In this document: positions 1 to 10,631 of the stretch, in pieces
Layout: each line of letters begins with the position of its first letter
Position numbering within the stretch: position 1 is the first letter of the stretch
From: Alphaproteobacteria bacterium
GTDB taxonomy: Bacteria > Pseudomonadota > Alphaproteobacteria > Bin95
Direction: 5' to 3'
Assembly (NCBI GenBank): GCA_963665325.3
Contig: OZ224045.1
Location: 1,920,001-1,984,000 of the forward strand
Length of the DNA: 64,000 bases
The notes under the pieces: generated by a model
Databases searched by the model: none
The model's input: the letters and a program-made list of their open reading frames with translations, nothing else
Told to the model about the DNA's origin: nothing
Position numbers and translations under genes: made by a program

Positions 1-611
1 ATCCGCCGGTGCCGGAACGATGCCAGGCGCTGCGGGTCGCGTTCGCCGTCGACGATCGCCCGCAGGATCTTCATGCCGGTCTGCCCCGTGATGTCGGCGA
101 TCGCCGAGTCCAGCCGGACATTCATCTCGGTCAGCGCCTTCTGCATGTGCTGCACGCAGCGCGAGCGGTCTTCAGTCAGGCGCTTCATCTGGCGCACATA
201 GGAGCGAAGCGGGCAGACCGCATCGCCAGGACGGAAGGCGCCCCGCAGCAACCCGTAGGACAGAAGCTGCCAGATCCACTGGCAATCGAGCACGTCGCTC
301 TTGCGACCGGCAATCTGCTTCGTCATCCGCGGGGGCACCAGGAGCACCTCGAAGCCGGCGCGTTCCAGCACCTCGTAGACCGGGATCCAGTAAACCGAGG
401 TCGACTCCATCGCCACCTTCGTCACGCCGCACGACGAAAGCCAGTCCGCCATCGCCCGCAGATCGCAGGTGAAGCCGCCGAACGCCCGGACCGGGTCCGA
501 AGTGCGCGCCGGATCGACGGCCACGAAGTGACGGTCCTTACCGATGTCGATCCCGGCGCAATCCGGGTTCACAACCCTCAACCGCTGCCTCTTCCCGGTC
601 TTGCGCGCCAT
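1..611 (-). CDS. IS110 family transposase/recombinase, N-terminal DEDD domain (3' end outside window)
   Basis: Missing from the ORF track (no stop in window). Manual translation from ATG 611: MARKTGKRQRLRVVNPDCAGIDIGKDRHFVAV...VAMESTSVYWIPVYEVL...GRKSDVLDCQWI, containing the GIDIG, MEST and KSDxxD motifs of IS110 DEDD recombinases. Confidence 0.95.
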   Translation of the reverse strand, partial: MARKTGKRQRLRVVNPDCAGIDIGKDRHFVAVDPARTSDPVRAFGGFTCDLRAMADWLSSCGVTKVAMESTSVYWIPVYEVLERAGFEVLLVPPRMTKQIAGRKSDVLDCQWIWQLLSYGLLRGAFRPGDAVCPLRSYVRQMKRLTEDRSRCVQHMQKALTEMNVRLDSAIADITGQTGMKILRAIVDGERDPQRLASFRHRR

Positions 612-635
612 GCTGGTCCCCATTTTGTGTGCCGG

Positions 636-795
636 TGCGGACGGGGAAGAACCACGCAACAATGCCCAATCTCTCGAACGAGGTCGCGGCGAACCGCGCC
701 ATCAGTGACAGAAGCCGATCGTGGTTCGGGCCAAGCTCATGAACGGGCGCTACATGCACACCAGTGATTCTCCGGCCTCCATTCCCCAGACCGAC
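636..795 (-). ncRNA. Putative IS110 bridge RNA
   Basis: Upstream of IS110 transposase. Outer stem 782-793 pairs with 638-648. Hairpin closed by GGCC 774-777/729-732. Second hairpin closed by perfect 8-bp inverted repeat 720-727/649-656. Both hairpins have internal loops. Confidence 0.6.
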
Positions 796-1104
796 CTCAA
801 ATCACAACACCGCCGCCAAGGCCACAAGGCCCCGTTACTTGCGCGACAGGGCCCACGCCCCGCGCGGGTGGGTGCTCATGACACTTCCGCAGGGGGTTCG
901 CTGCATGCAGGGGCCGGTCGCGGGAAGATCGGAACAAAAACGGATTGAAACGCGATGAGGGAGCGGCATTCGGGATGTGGAGAAACTGGGGTTCGGAAGG
1001 ATGGGGCTGCCGCCGCGAAATCTTCTCTCCCGCGCGCGGGCTACCGGATTCACACTTCTCCGCCCGGTGGCGTCGCATCGCATGTTCACCAACCTCACGC
1101 CCCG

Positions 1105-1131
1105 GCCCCGGACCGCAGCCCGGGGCAAGCT
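1105..1131. repeat. REP-like palindrome
   Basis: GCCCCGG-N8-CCGGGGC followed by AAGCT; resembles the hairpin at 42464-42488. Confidence 0.4.
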
Positions 1132-1203
1132 ACCCTCGCAGGCGAGGGAGGGAGACAGACAGCGATCTCATGTCCGAAAGGACCACAGGACATGCGTCAC
1201 GAG

Positions 1204-1245
1204 CATGGGAATCATGACAGACCATGACATCCCATGACACTTCCG
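1204..1245. repeat. 10-bp-phased CATGACA array
   Basis: CATGACA at 1213, 1223 and 1233, with CATG also at 1204. Last unit CATGACACTTCCG (1233-1245) is identical to 877-889. Confidence 0.8.
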
Positions 1246-1345
1246 GGGGCGTGTTGCCGCAGTCGTGCCGCGCAATCTCCACCGGATGCCGGCCGCCGGT
1301 GGTTCTCCCCCGAAGGGCCGTCGGATCGTCCGGGTCGAATCGCCC

Positions 1346-3490
1346 CTAAGCCGCCGGTGCCACCCGGCAGGGGATGCCCTTGAAGTGGGGGATGCCTTGC
1401 TCGCGGTCGAGGAAATCCTCGTCGTCGGGGCAGAGTTGGGCGTCGGCCATTTCCCAGGCGCTCTCGAGCCCGACCTCCGGCAGCCACCAGCCATGCGGAA
1501 TCCGCACCAGGCCCCTCTGCATGTCGTCGCGGACGGCGGCCTTCATGTGCACGCGCCCCTGCGCCGTTTCGGCGACGGCGGGCTCGCCGTCCGCTATGCC
1601 GGCTTCGGCAGCATCGTCGGGGTGAAGGAAGAGCAGGGGCTCAGGCGCGCGGGCCCGCAGGGCTGCGATATGGCGGTGGCCGGTCTGGAAATAGGCGTCC
1701 TCGCGCAGGCCCGTGAACAGGCGGAGCGGCATGTTTTCGGGCGCCGCCGGCTCCTCGCGCCAGTAGGGCAGGGGGTCGAAGCCGAGCTCGGCCAGCACGG
1801 AGGACGAAAGCTCGACCTTGCCGGACGGCGTGGCGAAGCCCGTCTCTTCGTATTTCCGGAACTGGAGGCCGTCCGTATGCAGGGCGTGCTGCCGGGCGAA
1901 GCTGTCGAAATCCATGCCGAGGGCCGCCACGCGGTGATCCAGCACGGCGTCCGCCGTTTCCCACGGAAAATGGTTGCCGAGGCCGAACCGGACCGCCAGG
2001 CCGCGCCAGAAATCGTAAACGCTGCGCGCCTCCCCGGGCGGCTCCGTGGCCTGCTGCGAGGTGCGGCAAAGTGCGGTCCAGCCAAATCCGTCCGCCAGCG
2101 CCTTGCGCTCCGTCCAGGCATCGCCCGGCAGGATGTAATCGGAGAGCGCGGCCGTCGGCGTCTTCATGTGCTCGAAGGTGACGAGAAGGTCCTGGTTCAG
2201 GAGCGCCCTCTGGATCAGCTGCATGTTGGCGAAGCTGAGCAGCGTGTTGTTGCCGAGCGCGAAGAACGCCTTGACCGGATAGGGCTCGCCGTCCGCCATC
2301 GCCCGGAACACCGCCGACGGCGTGGCCATGTAGCAGCCGGAGACGATGTTGGCGTATCGCCGGCCCCATACGCGGAGCGTCGGCTCTTCCAGGGGTGCGG
2401 CGCCGCGATAGGTGAACACCGGATGGGTGTCGGACCCCAGCTGCTTGGCCTTCTGCGCTTCCGGCAGCGCGTCGTGAAGCTCCAGGTCCGTCTCCGGCAC
2501 GATGCGCGGGTGGAAGCCGTGCAGCACATCGCCGCCCGGAACGTCGAGATTGCCGCAGATGGCGCGCAGGATCGCCTGCAGCCGGATGGCGGAGGTCGAA
2601 TTGCGCTGCTGGTCGGTGATCGGCGACCACGGGATCACTGCGGGACCCGACTGCGCATAGAGGCGCGCGGCCTCGGCGATCTGGTCAGGCGCAACGCCGG
2701 TGATCTCCGCGACCCGGTCCAACGGAAACTCGTTGACGCGCGCACGGAGTTCGTCGAACCCCGCCGTCCACCGCTTGACGAAATCCCGGTCCCAGAGGCC
2801 TTCGTCCATGATGACCTTGAGCCATCCGAGGCACATGGCGGCGTCGGTGCCGACCTTGAGAGGCAGCCAGATGTCGGCGAGCTCGGCATTCTCCGACCGG
2901 CGCGGATCGAGCACGATCAGCTTCGCGCCGCGCTCCTGTGCGCGGCGGATGGCGTTGTATTCCGGCGTCCAGGAATGCGGCTTCGGATTGTGCCCGAACA
3001 GCACGATGCACTGCGTCTTGGTGAAGTCCGGATAGGGGAACCAGCCATAGACCAGTCGGTTGACGGCGGCCGTATTGCCGGCGCAGAGCGCCACGCCGGA
3101 AATCCAGTTGGGCGAGCCGACAAGGTTCATGAAGCGCCGGCACATGCCGTTGTCGGTCTGCGTGTTCCAGGAACTCGTCGAGACCGCGAACCCCTCCGGT
3201 CCATAGCGGTCGACAACCCGATGAAGGCGTTCGGCGATGTCGTCGAGCGCGCTGTCCCAATCGACCCGCTCCCATTCCCCGGAGCCGCGCGGCCCCTTGC
3301 GGCGGAGCGGATGCAGCACCCGGTCGGGATGAACGAAGCCGGAGGGCGCATGCACGCCCTTCATGCAGATATTGGCGCGTCCCGGCCTCGGGTCCATCGC
3401 CTTGACCCTGGTGACCTGCCCCCCTTCGGTCTCGACCGTAACCTGGCAGTAGATGTCGCAGGATGAGCAGAGCGCGCGCGCTTCGGGCAT
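1346..3490 (-). CDS. Mo/W bis-PGD enzyme of the DMSO reductase family, acetylene hydratase-like
   Basis: N-terminal CSSCDIYC...ICMK [4Fe-4S] motif, RRFMNLVGSPNW, LCAGNT metal-ligand loop, TPSGKVEL, GLRED, IPHGWW. Start placed at ATG 3490 (MPEARALC). Confidence 0.9.
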   Translation of the reverse strand: MPEARALCSSCDIYCQVTVETEGGQVTRVKAMDPRPGRANICMKGVHAPSGFVHPDRVLHPLRRKGPRGSGEWERVDWDSALDDIAERLHRVVDRYGPEGFAVSTSSWNTQTDNGMCRRFMNLVGSPNWISGVALCAGNTAAVNRLVYGWFPYPDFTKTQCIVLFGHNPKPHSWTPEYNAIRRAQERGAKLIVLDPRRSENAELADIWLPLKVGTDAAMCLGWLKVIMDEGLWDRDFVKRWTAGFDELRARVNEFPLDRVAEITGVAPDQIAEAARLYAQSGPAVIPWSPITDQQRNSTSAIRLQAILRAICGNLDVPGGDVLHGFHPRIVPETDLELHDALPEAQKAKQLGSDTHPVFTYRGAAPLEEPTLRVWGRRYANIVSGCYMATPSAVFRAMADGEPYPVKAFFALGNNTLLSFANMQLIQRALLNQDLLVTFEHMKTPTAALSDYILPGDAWTERKALADGFGWTALCRTSQQATEPPGEARSVYDFWRGLAVRFGLGNHFPWETADAVLDHRVAALGMDFDSFARQHALHTDGLQFRKYEETGFATPSGKVELSSSVLAELGFDPLPYWREEPAAPENMPLRLFTGLREDAYFQTGHRHIAALRARAPEPLLFLHPDDAAEAGIADGEPAVAETAQGRVHMKAAVRDDMQRGLVRIPHGWWLPEVGLESAWEMADAQLCPDDEDFLDREQGIPHFKGIPCRVAPAA

Positions 3491-3602
3491 CGGCCGAACC
3501 TCCGGGCAGTCGGGATGGCGCCATCTTGACCCGGGAGCCCGAAAGCGGTCAATAACGGGACACAACCGCCGCCGGAGGGGCGTCGGAGAGAGGAGAACGC
3601 CC

Positions 3603-3914
3603 ATGTCCAGGGTCCACGTCATCGCCGTCATCCAGGCCAAGCCCGGCCGCCGGGCCGAGATTCTGGAGGCCTTCAACGCCAATGTGCCGGCGGTGCATGC
3701 AGAGGACGGGTGCATCGAATACGGCGCGGCCGTGGATGCCGAGGCGGGCGCGATCCAGACGAAATACGGCGAGGACACCTTCGTCGTCATCGAGAAATGG
3801 GCCAGCCTGGACGCGCTCCGCGCGCATGGCGCGTCGGCCCACATGGCCGCCTACGCGGCAAAGACGAAGGAGCTGATCGCCAGCCGGACGATCCACGTGC
3901 TGAACGACGCCTGA
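3603..3914 (+). CDS. Antibiotic biosynthesis monooxygenase (YgiN-like putative quinol monooxygenase)
   Basis: VIAVIQAKPGRR...EDGCIEYG...IEKWASLDALRAH; GAGGAG RBS upstream. Confidence 0.85.
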   Translation: MSRVHVIAVIQAKPGRRAEILEAFNANVPAVHAEDGCIEYGAAVDAEAGAIQTKYGEDTFVVIEKWASLDALRAHGASAHMAAYAAKTKELIASRTIHVLNDA

Positions 3915-3918
3915 GCCT

Positions 3919-4725
3919 TCACCGGTCGAAGGAGAACGTCTCGATCTCCTTTCCGTCGATGCGCGCGATCGTTAGGCGGCCGTAGCCTGGCCGGTCGATA
4001 TGGACGCCGGTGTCGATCCCGAGGATGTTCCCGTGCCATGTCGGCTGCCGGCATGAGGTGTGGCCGGTGAGCACCGCGCGCACGCCTTCGACCGGGCCCA
4101 GATATTCACCGCCCGTCTCCCCGATCTCGCGCTGCACCCAGCCGTGATACACGCGGCTCCAGAGCGCGCGCGTGCGGGCGAGATGGCTGGCTGGCTCGTC
4201 GCCCTCCAGCGCGTTCTCGAGTTCCCGCCAGGACCGGTGCACGGGGCAGGCATGCACGAGCCCGACCGGTCCGTGCGGGGTCTCGACCCGGGCCGCGAAG
4301 GGAAGCGTTCGGAGGGCGGCCATCCAAACCTCGGCGCTGTCTTCCGCGTTTCGGAAGTGCCACCAGTTCCCGCCGTTCATCTGCCAGAGGGCCCAGGCGT
4401 CCGTGCCCGGGAGCCGCCCTGGAGGCAGTTCGCCCACCTCGTCCAGCGCCTCCAGCATCAGCTGTTCGTGGTTGCCGCGGAGCACCAGGTGGAAGCCCGG
4501 CCCCTCAATCCAGGCTTTCGCCTCGAAGGAACGCGGGCCGCGGTCGATCAGGTCGCCGAGCGAGAACAGGCGGTCGTCCGGGCCTACTTCCAATTCGTCC
4601 AGCGCGCGGCGCAGCGTGGCGAAATGGCCGTGCAGATCGCCCACGACCAGGTCGCGGCCCCCGGGATTCGGCCCAAGACGGACGCTGAGCGGCGTGCCCG
4701 GCGGGGCGAAGCTGTCGGTTCTCAC
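3919..4725 (-). CDS. Metallophosphoesterase (PphA/lambda-phosphatase-like Ser/Thr phosphatase)
   Basis: GDLHG, GDLIDRG, RGNHE, GHT and IDTG motifs; GTG start with GAGGA RBS. Confidence 0.9.
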   Translation of the reverse strand: MRTDSFAPPGTPLSVRLGPNPGGRDLVVGDLHGHFATLRRALDELEVGPDDRLFSLGDLIDRGPRSFEAKAWIEGPGFHLVLRGNHEQLMLEALDEVGELPPGRLPGTDAWALWQMNGGNWWHFRNAEDSAEVWMAALRTLPFAARVETPHGPVGLVHACPVHRSWRELENALEGDEPASHLARTRALWSRVYHGWVQREIGETGGEYLGPVEGVRAVLTGHTSCRQPTWHGNILGIDTGVHIDRPGYGRLTIARIDGKEIETFSFDR

Positions 4726-4899
4726 GGTGTCCGTTTCCTCGACGCGGGTGGCTGCCGCGCAGGATAGGCCGGCGGCCCGGAATTCTCGAACGGGAACGAC
4801 AAGGGCGGCATGGATGCGGCGGCCGGCCTGCGGGCCCGCCCGGTTGAAACAGGTTTCCGCATCCGGTCCCGAGGCGGGGCGCGGCGCAGGCGGCCGCCA

Positions 4900-5571
4900 T
4901 TGGCCGCGCTCGGCACGATGCTCGTCTTCGCCGTCATTCTGCTGCGCTCGCTCTGGGGTACGCTTGCCATCGTCATCATGCCGGTCGCCGTCCTCGCTTC
5001 CACGATAGGCTTTACCGGCTGGACCGGTATGAAGTTTTTCGGCGAGAGCGGCGCCGCGCTGTTCGTGCTGATGGCGGTCACCGTTGCGCATTCCGTGCAT
5101 GTATTCGAGGGCATGGCTACGGGCCTGCGCCGGGGCCTGGACCGCAAGGAAGCGGCGATTCAGTCGCTCCGGGTCAGTCTGTGGCCGGTTTTCCTCACAT
5201 CGCTCACGACGGCAATCGGATTCCCCAGCCTGAGTTTCGCGGATATGCCGCCCATCCGCTCGGTGGGCAAGGCGCTGCTGGCGACGACCGTCTTGTTCGG
5301 ACTGGGGTTCATGGTGTTCGGGGTGTCGGGTCTGGTGACCAACCAGGCGCTGGGGCTACCGGCCGGCATCACCGTCGTCATCGCCCTGCCGGCGGACTTC
5401 CTGTTCCTGCCGCCCCTGCTGATGGTCCTCGACGGGACCAGGGAGACGAGCGGACAGATCAGGGAACGGCTGCAGCGGGAAGCCGGCCAGCCGGGCGGAT
5501 TGTGCTATCCTGCGGGAAAAGGCTTCGGCGGGGGCGCACGCACCGCAGCCGCCGATAGGAGGAAACGGTGA
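4900..5571 (+). pseudogene. MMPL/RND transporter remnant (5'-truncated, internally deleted)
   Basis: TM segments ..VAHSVH..PVFLTSLTTAIGF..MPP joined directly to C-terminal segments SVGKALLATT..ADFLFLPPLL; far shorter than an RND protein; several Pro in TM helices. Confidence 0.7.
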
Positions 5572-6377
5572 TTGGCGCATTTCTCTCCCGCCCGCTGCCT
5601 ATGCTGTTCGGGCTGTTGTTCGCGGTCTTCGCATGGCCCGCCGGCCTGGCGGCCGAAAGCGCCGAGGAAGCCGGGCTCAGGATCGCGACGGACGCCCGCG
5701 AACGGCAGAAGGGCTTCGGCAATTTCATTGCAGGCATGACCATGACGCTCCGCAACAAGCGGGGCCAGGAGAGCAAGCGCGAAGTCCGCCTGAAGGTCAT
5801 CGAGGTAGAGGGAGACGGCGACCGGACCGTGTTCGTGTTCGACCGGCCGCGCGATGTCAGGGGAACGGCGTTCCTCGTCCACGCCCACAGGGAGGAGGCC
5901 GACGAGCAGTGGCTCTATCTTCCCGCCCTGAAACGGGTCAAGCGCATCAGTTCCTCTAACCAGTCGGGCTCCTTCATGGGCAGCGAGTTCTCATACGAAG
6001 ACCTGGGCACTCCCGAGGTCGAGAAATTCACCCACCGGGTTCTGCGCAACGAGCCCTGCGGTGAACTCGAATGCATCGTCTCCGAACGTATTCCGGTCGG
6101 CCGCGACTCGGGATACTCGCGCCAGCTGGTCTGGCTGGACCGGGAGGAGTTGCGCATCATGCAGATCCAGTTCTTCGACCGCAGGGACGCGCATCTCAAG
6201 ACGATGGTCGTGGAAGGCTACAACAAATATCTGGACCGCTTCTGGCGGAGCAGCAAGATAACGATGACCAACCACCTCACGGGAAAAAGCACCTTGCTGG
6301 ACTGGTCCGACTACGAGTTCGGGGCCGACCTCGACCTCGGCGACTTCACCCGAACGGCACTGAAACGGGTGCGGTAG
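5568..6377 (+). CDS. Outer-membrane lipoprotein-sorting protein (LolA-like, RND-associated)
   Basis: Signal peptide; PRDVRGTAFL, QWLYLPALKRVKRISS, FMGSEFSYEDL motifs. Confidence 0.88.
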   Translation: MIGAFLSRPLPMLFGLLFAVFAWPAGLAAESAEEAGLRIATDARERQKGFGNFIAGMTMTLRNKRGQESKREVRLKVIEVEGDGDRTVFVFDRPRDVRGTAFLVHAHREEADEQWLYLPALKRVKRISSSNQSGSFMGSEFSYEDLGTPEVEKFTHRVLRNEPCGELECIVSERIPVGRDSGYSRQLVWLDREELRIMQIQFFDRRDAHLKTMVVEGYNKYLDRFWRSSKITMTNHLTGKSTLLDWSDYEFGADLDLGDFTRTALKRVR

Positions 6378-6427
6378 CGCAAGGTCCCGACCTGTCGAAC
6401 CGTGGCTGCCATTTCGGCCGGCACATA

Positions 6428-6715
6428 TCAGACGGGCAATTCGCACCTCTGCTCGGCGATGTGGAATTTCAGCTTCTTCGTCGGCTTCATCGAGGGAACC
6501 GGGTTGAACCGGAACTCATAGTCCGAATAGGCGAGGCTACCTCACCGTTCGACCGCCTCGGCTATGGAACGGCCGATCAGGTCCATCTTGCAGATGGTCC
6601 CGATACGCTCTTCCGCCTTCTCGTCGAGATCGAATATGAAGCGAAAGACATCGCACGTATTGACGAGACAAATGATGTTCGTGTCCCTTGGATCGGGAAT
6701 CGTGTCGCCAGGCTT
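6428..6715 (-). pseudogene. C-terminal fragment of an unidentified protein with an in-frame TGA
   Basis: Manual translation KPGDTIPDPRDTNIICLVNTCDVFRFIFDLDEKAEERIGTICKMDLIGRSIAEAVER*GSLAYSDYEFRFNPVPSMKPTKKLKFHIAEQRCELPV*; protein-like composition, no start codon found. Confidence 0.45.
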
Positions 6716-6951
6716 TCGGTGGCGGCCTGAACACGGGCCCGGCGCGGGTAGCGTCCCTCCTTGCTGCGGCGGTGCGATTGCAGAATGCCCTCTTCCCGGC
6801 CCCGACGGGCGAGGGAGGCCGCGGACGTCCGGTTCGCCCCGCTTGCCATGGCCGGCGAGCCTATGTATCCAGCTTTTCGACCCGTATGGCGGGATGCGCG
6901 GATGGAGAGCGGCGCCCCGGGGCGCGAAAGAGAAAGGGCCTCAATAATGCA

Positions 6952-7027
<76 letters not shown>

Positions 7028-7192
7028 AATCCGCGCGGCTTCTAGCCGCTCTGCACGGACGGGTCAAGCAAGCGGACCGGCGTTTCGGAAAGGATGCAGA
7101 CATGCGAGAGATCGTGGCGATCGCCCTGTTTGCTCCTCGGCTTGCGTTCGCCGGCGCGGCAGGTCTCGGCGAGTAGGGGGCAGCAAGCGACA

Positions 7193-8816
<1,624 letters not shown>

Positions 8817-8836
<20 letters not shown>

Positions 8837-9665
8837 GCTCGCCGAAATTGTCCATGAATGGCAGCGCCTTTTCCGTATAGCGGGGCGCCACCAGCACGGC
8901 GCGCTCAATGCGCGGATTCTCTGCAAGCCTGCGCAGTCCGTCTTCATTGGCGCCGTTGAAGGCGAATACCGAGACGGAAATCGACTCCGGATCACGGCCC
9001 GCTTCGGCGGCCAGCCGATTAAGCTCGGCGACGGCGGCGGGAAAATCTTCCAGCAGCACATCGATCGGCATCCAGCCGTCGCAGTAGCGGACCGTTCGCT
9101 TCCGCCCGAGCGGAGTTGCGCCGCCATAGATGATCGGCGGGTGCGGGCGCTGGACGGGCTTCGGGTAGGAAACGATGCGGTCGAAGCGGACGAACTCGCC
9201 CCGATAGGTCGCCTCTTCTTCCGTCCAGATCGCCTTCATGGCCTCGACGCGCTCCCGCAACACCTGCCAGCGGCGCCCGAAGTCGGTGCCGTGATTGGCC
9301 ATCTCCTCGGCATTCCAGCCGCCGCCGATGCCGAGCAGCAGCCGTCCGCCGGAGAGATAGTCAAGCGTTGCCGCCGCCTTGGCCAGCACGATCGGGTCGT
9401 GCTCGATCACCAGGCACACGGCCGTGCCGAGCTTGATGGTCGAAGTGGCGCCCGCCGCGGCCATGAGCGACACGAACGGGTCGGCCATATGATAGTAGGG
9501 CTTCGGCAGATGATCGCCGCCGGGATAGGGCGTCTCGCGGCTTGCGGGAATATGGGTGTGCTCGCCGACCCAGAAGGACTCGAAGCCCCGCTCCTCGGCG
9601 GCCCTGGCCAGATCGTCGGGCCGGGTCCCGTATTCGGTGTTGTAGCTGAAAATGCCGAGCTTCAT
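8817..9665 (-). CDS. LLM class, putatively F420-dependent oxidoreductase
   Basis: EERGFESFWVGEHTHIP, DPFVSL, SGGRLLLGIGGGWNAEEMANHG, PKPVQRPHPP. Confidence 0.85.
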
Positions 9666-9812
9666 TGCCGCCCCCTTCGTAACGCCGGGGAAGCCTAAAG
9701 AGATTCAGGCGTGGGGAAAGGCCCTCTGGCCGGGGCGGGGATATCCTTTCGCACGGCGGTCGGCCGGGATAGGGTTGGGAAACGACCCGTCGAAGCGGAA
9801 GGCAGGCATCCG

Positions 9813-10586
9813 ATGCAGGGACTGGCGCAGCGCTTGTGGGAGGCCCGGCGTGGCGGAACTCTGGTTGAGGCGGCCGCCAGGCGGGAGCTCGCCGGTCTGG
9901 ACGATGCCTACCGAGTCCAGGACGGGGCGGTGCAGGCGTCGGGCCATGCGCGCGTCGGCTGGAAGGTCGGATCGACCAGTGCCGAAGCCCGGCGCAAGCT
10001 TGGCACCGACCGGCCCGGCGCCGGCGCGCTGCTCGAGCCCTATTGCTTCGAGGACGGCGCGGATGTGCCGGTGTTCGCTGCGCATGCGCCGGCTGTGGAA
10101 GGCGAGTTCGTCTTTGTCATGGGCGAGGGCCTGCCGCCGCGCGAGACGCCTTTCGAACGCGCCGAGGTTCTGTCTGCGGTCATGGGCGTCGCAGGCGGCA
10201 TCGAGGTCGTCGGCTCGCGCTTCGAAGGCGGGCTCGCCGGGCTCGGCCGGGAGGGCGTGACGGCCGATTTCGGCGCCAATATCGCTTTCGTCGAGAGCGA
10301 GGCGCGGCCCGACTGGCGGGACCGGGACCTGCGCGAGGCCGGCGTGACGCTCTCGGTGGATGGAGAAGCGCTGGCCGAAGGGACCGGGGCGCTCGCGCTC
10401 GGCGACCCGGCGCTGGTGCTTCTCTGGCTCGCCAACCATTTGCGCGAGCGCGGCGACGGGCTGCGCGCCGGGGACCGTGTGACGACCGGAACGTGTACCG
10501 GAGTGGCCGCGATCCGACCCGGAGCTCAGGTCCTCGCGGATTTCGGCCCGCTCGGGCGGGTGGGTTTCACCGCCATTCCGGCGTAA
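9813..10586 (+). CDS. 2-keto-4-pentenoate hydratase-like (FAA hydrolase superfamily)
   Basis: AYRVQ, GWKVGSTS, EGEFVF, GDP..WLANHL..GDRVTTGTCTG. Confidence 0.8.
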   Translation: MQGLAQRLWEARRGGTLVEAAARRELAGLDDAYRVQDGAVQASGHARVGWKVGSTSAEARRKLGTDRPGAGALLEPYCFEDGADVPVFAAHAPAVEGEFVFVMGEGLPPRETPFERAEVLSAVMGVAGGIEVVGSRFEGGLAGLGREGVTADFGANIAFVESEARPDWRDRDLREAGVTLSVDGEALAEGTGALALGDPALVLLWLANHLRERGDGLRAGDRVTTGTCTGVAAIRPGAQVLADFGPLGRVGFTAIPA

Positions 10587-10631
10587 GCAGCCGGTCTCGC
10601 TGCGATTGCCGTCTCGCCCGGAGAGCCAACC

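Larger units (their letters stand above)
1..881 (-). mobile_element. IS110 family insertion sequence, left end plus partial transposase
   Basis: Transposase 1-611 plus ~270 nt structured upstream non-coding region. Boundary inferred at ~880, where GCTCATGA abuts the CATGACACTTCCG repeat. Confidence 0.75.

Noticed and set aside
1265-3466. 733-aa plus-strand ORF (also 9..767, 9705..12152, 28961..30946, 34387..36597, 48718..50844)
   Set aside because: Antisense shadows of well-supported genes in high-GC DNA; no motifs
6542-6544. In-frame TGA as selenocysteine
   Set aside because: No redox motif context or evident SECIS, and the frame lacks a start
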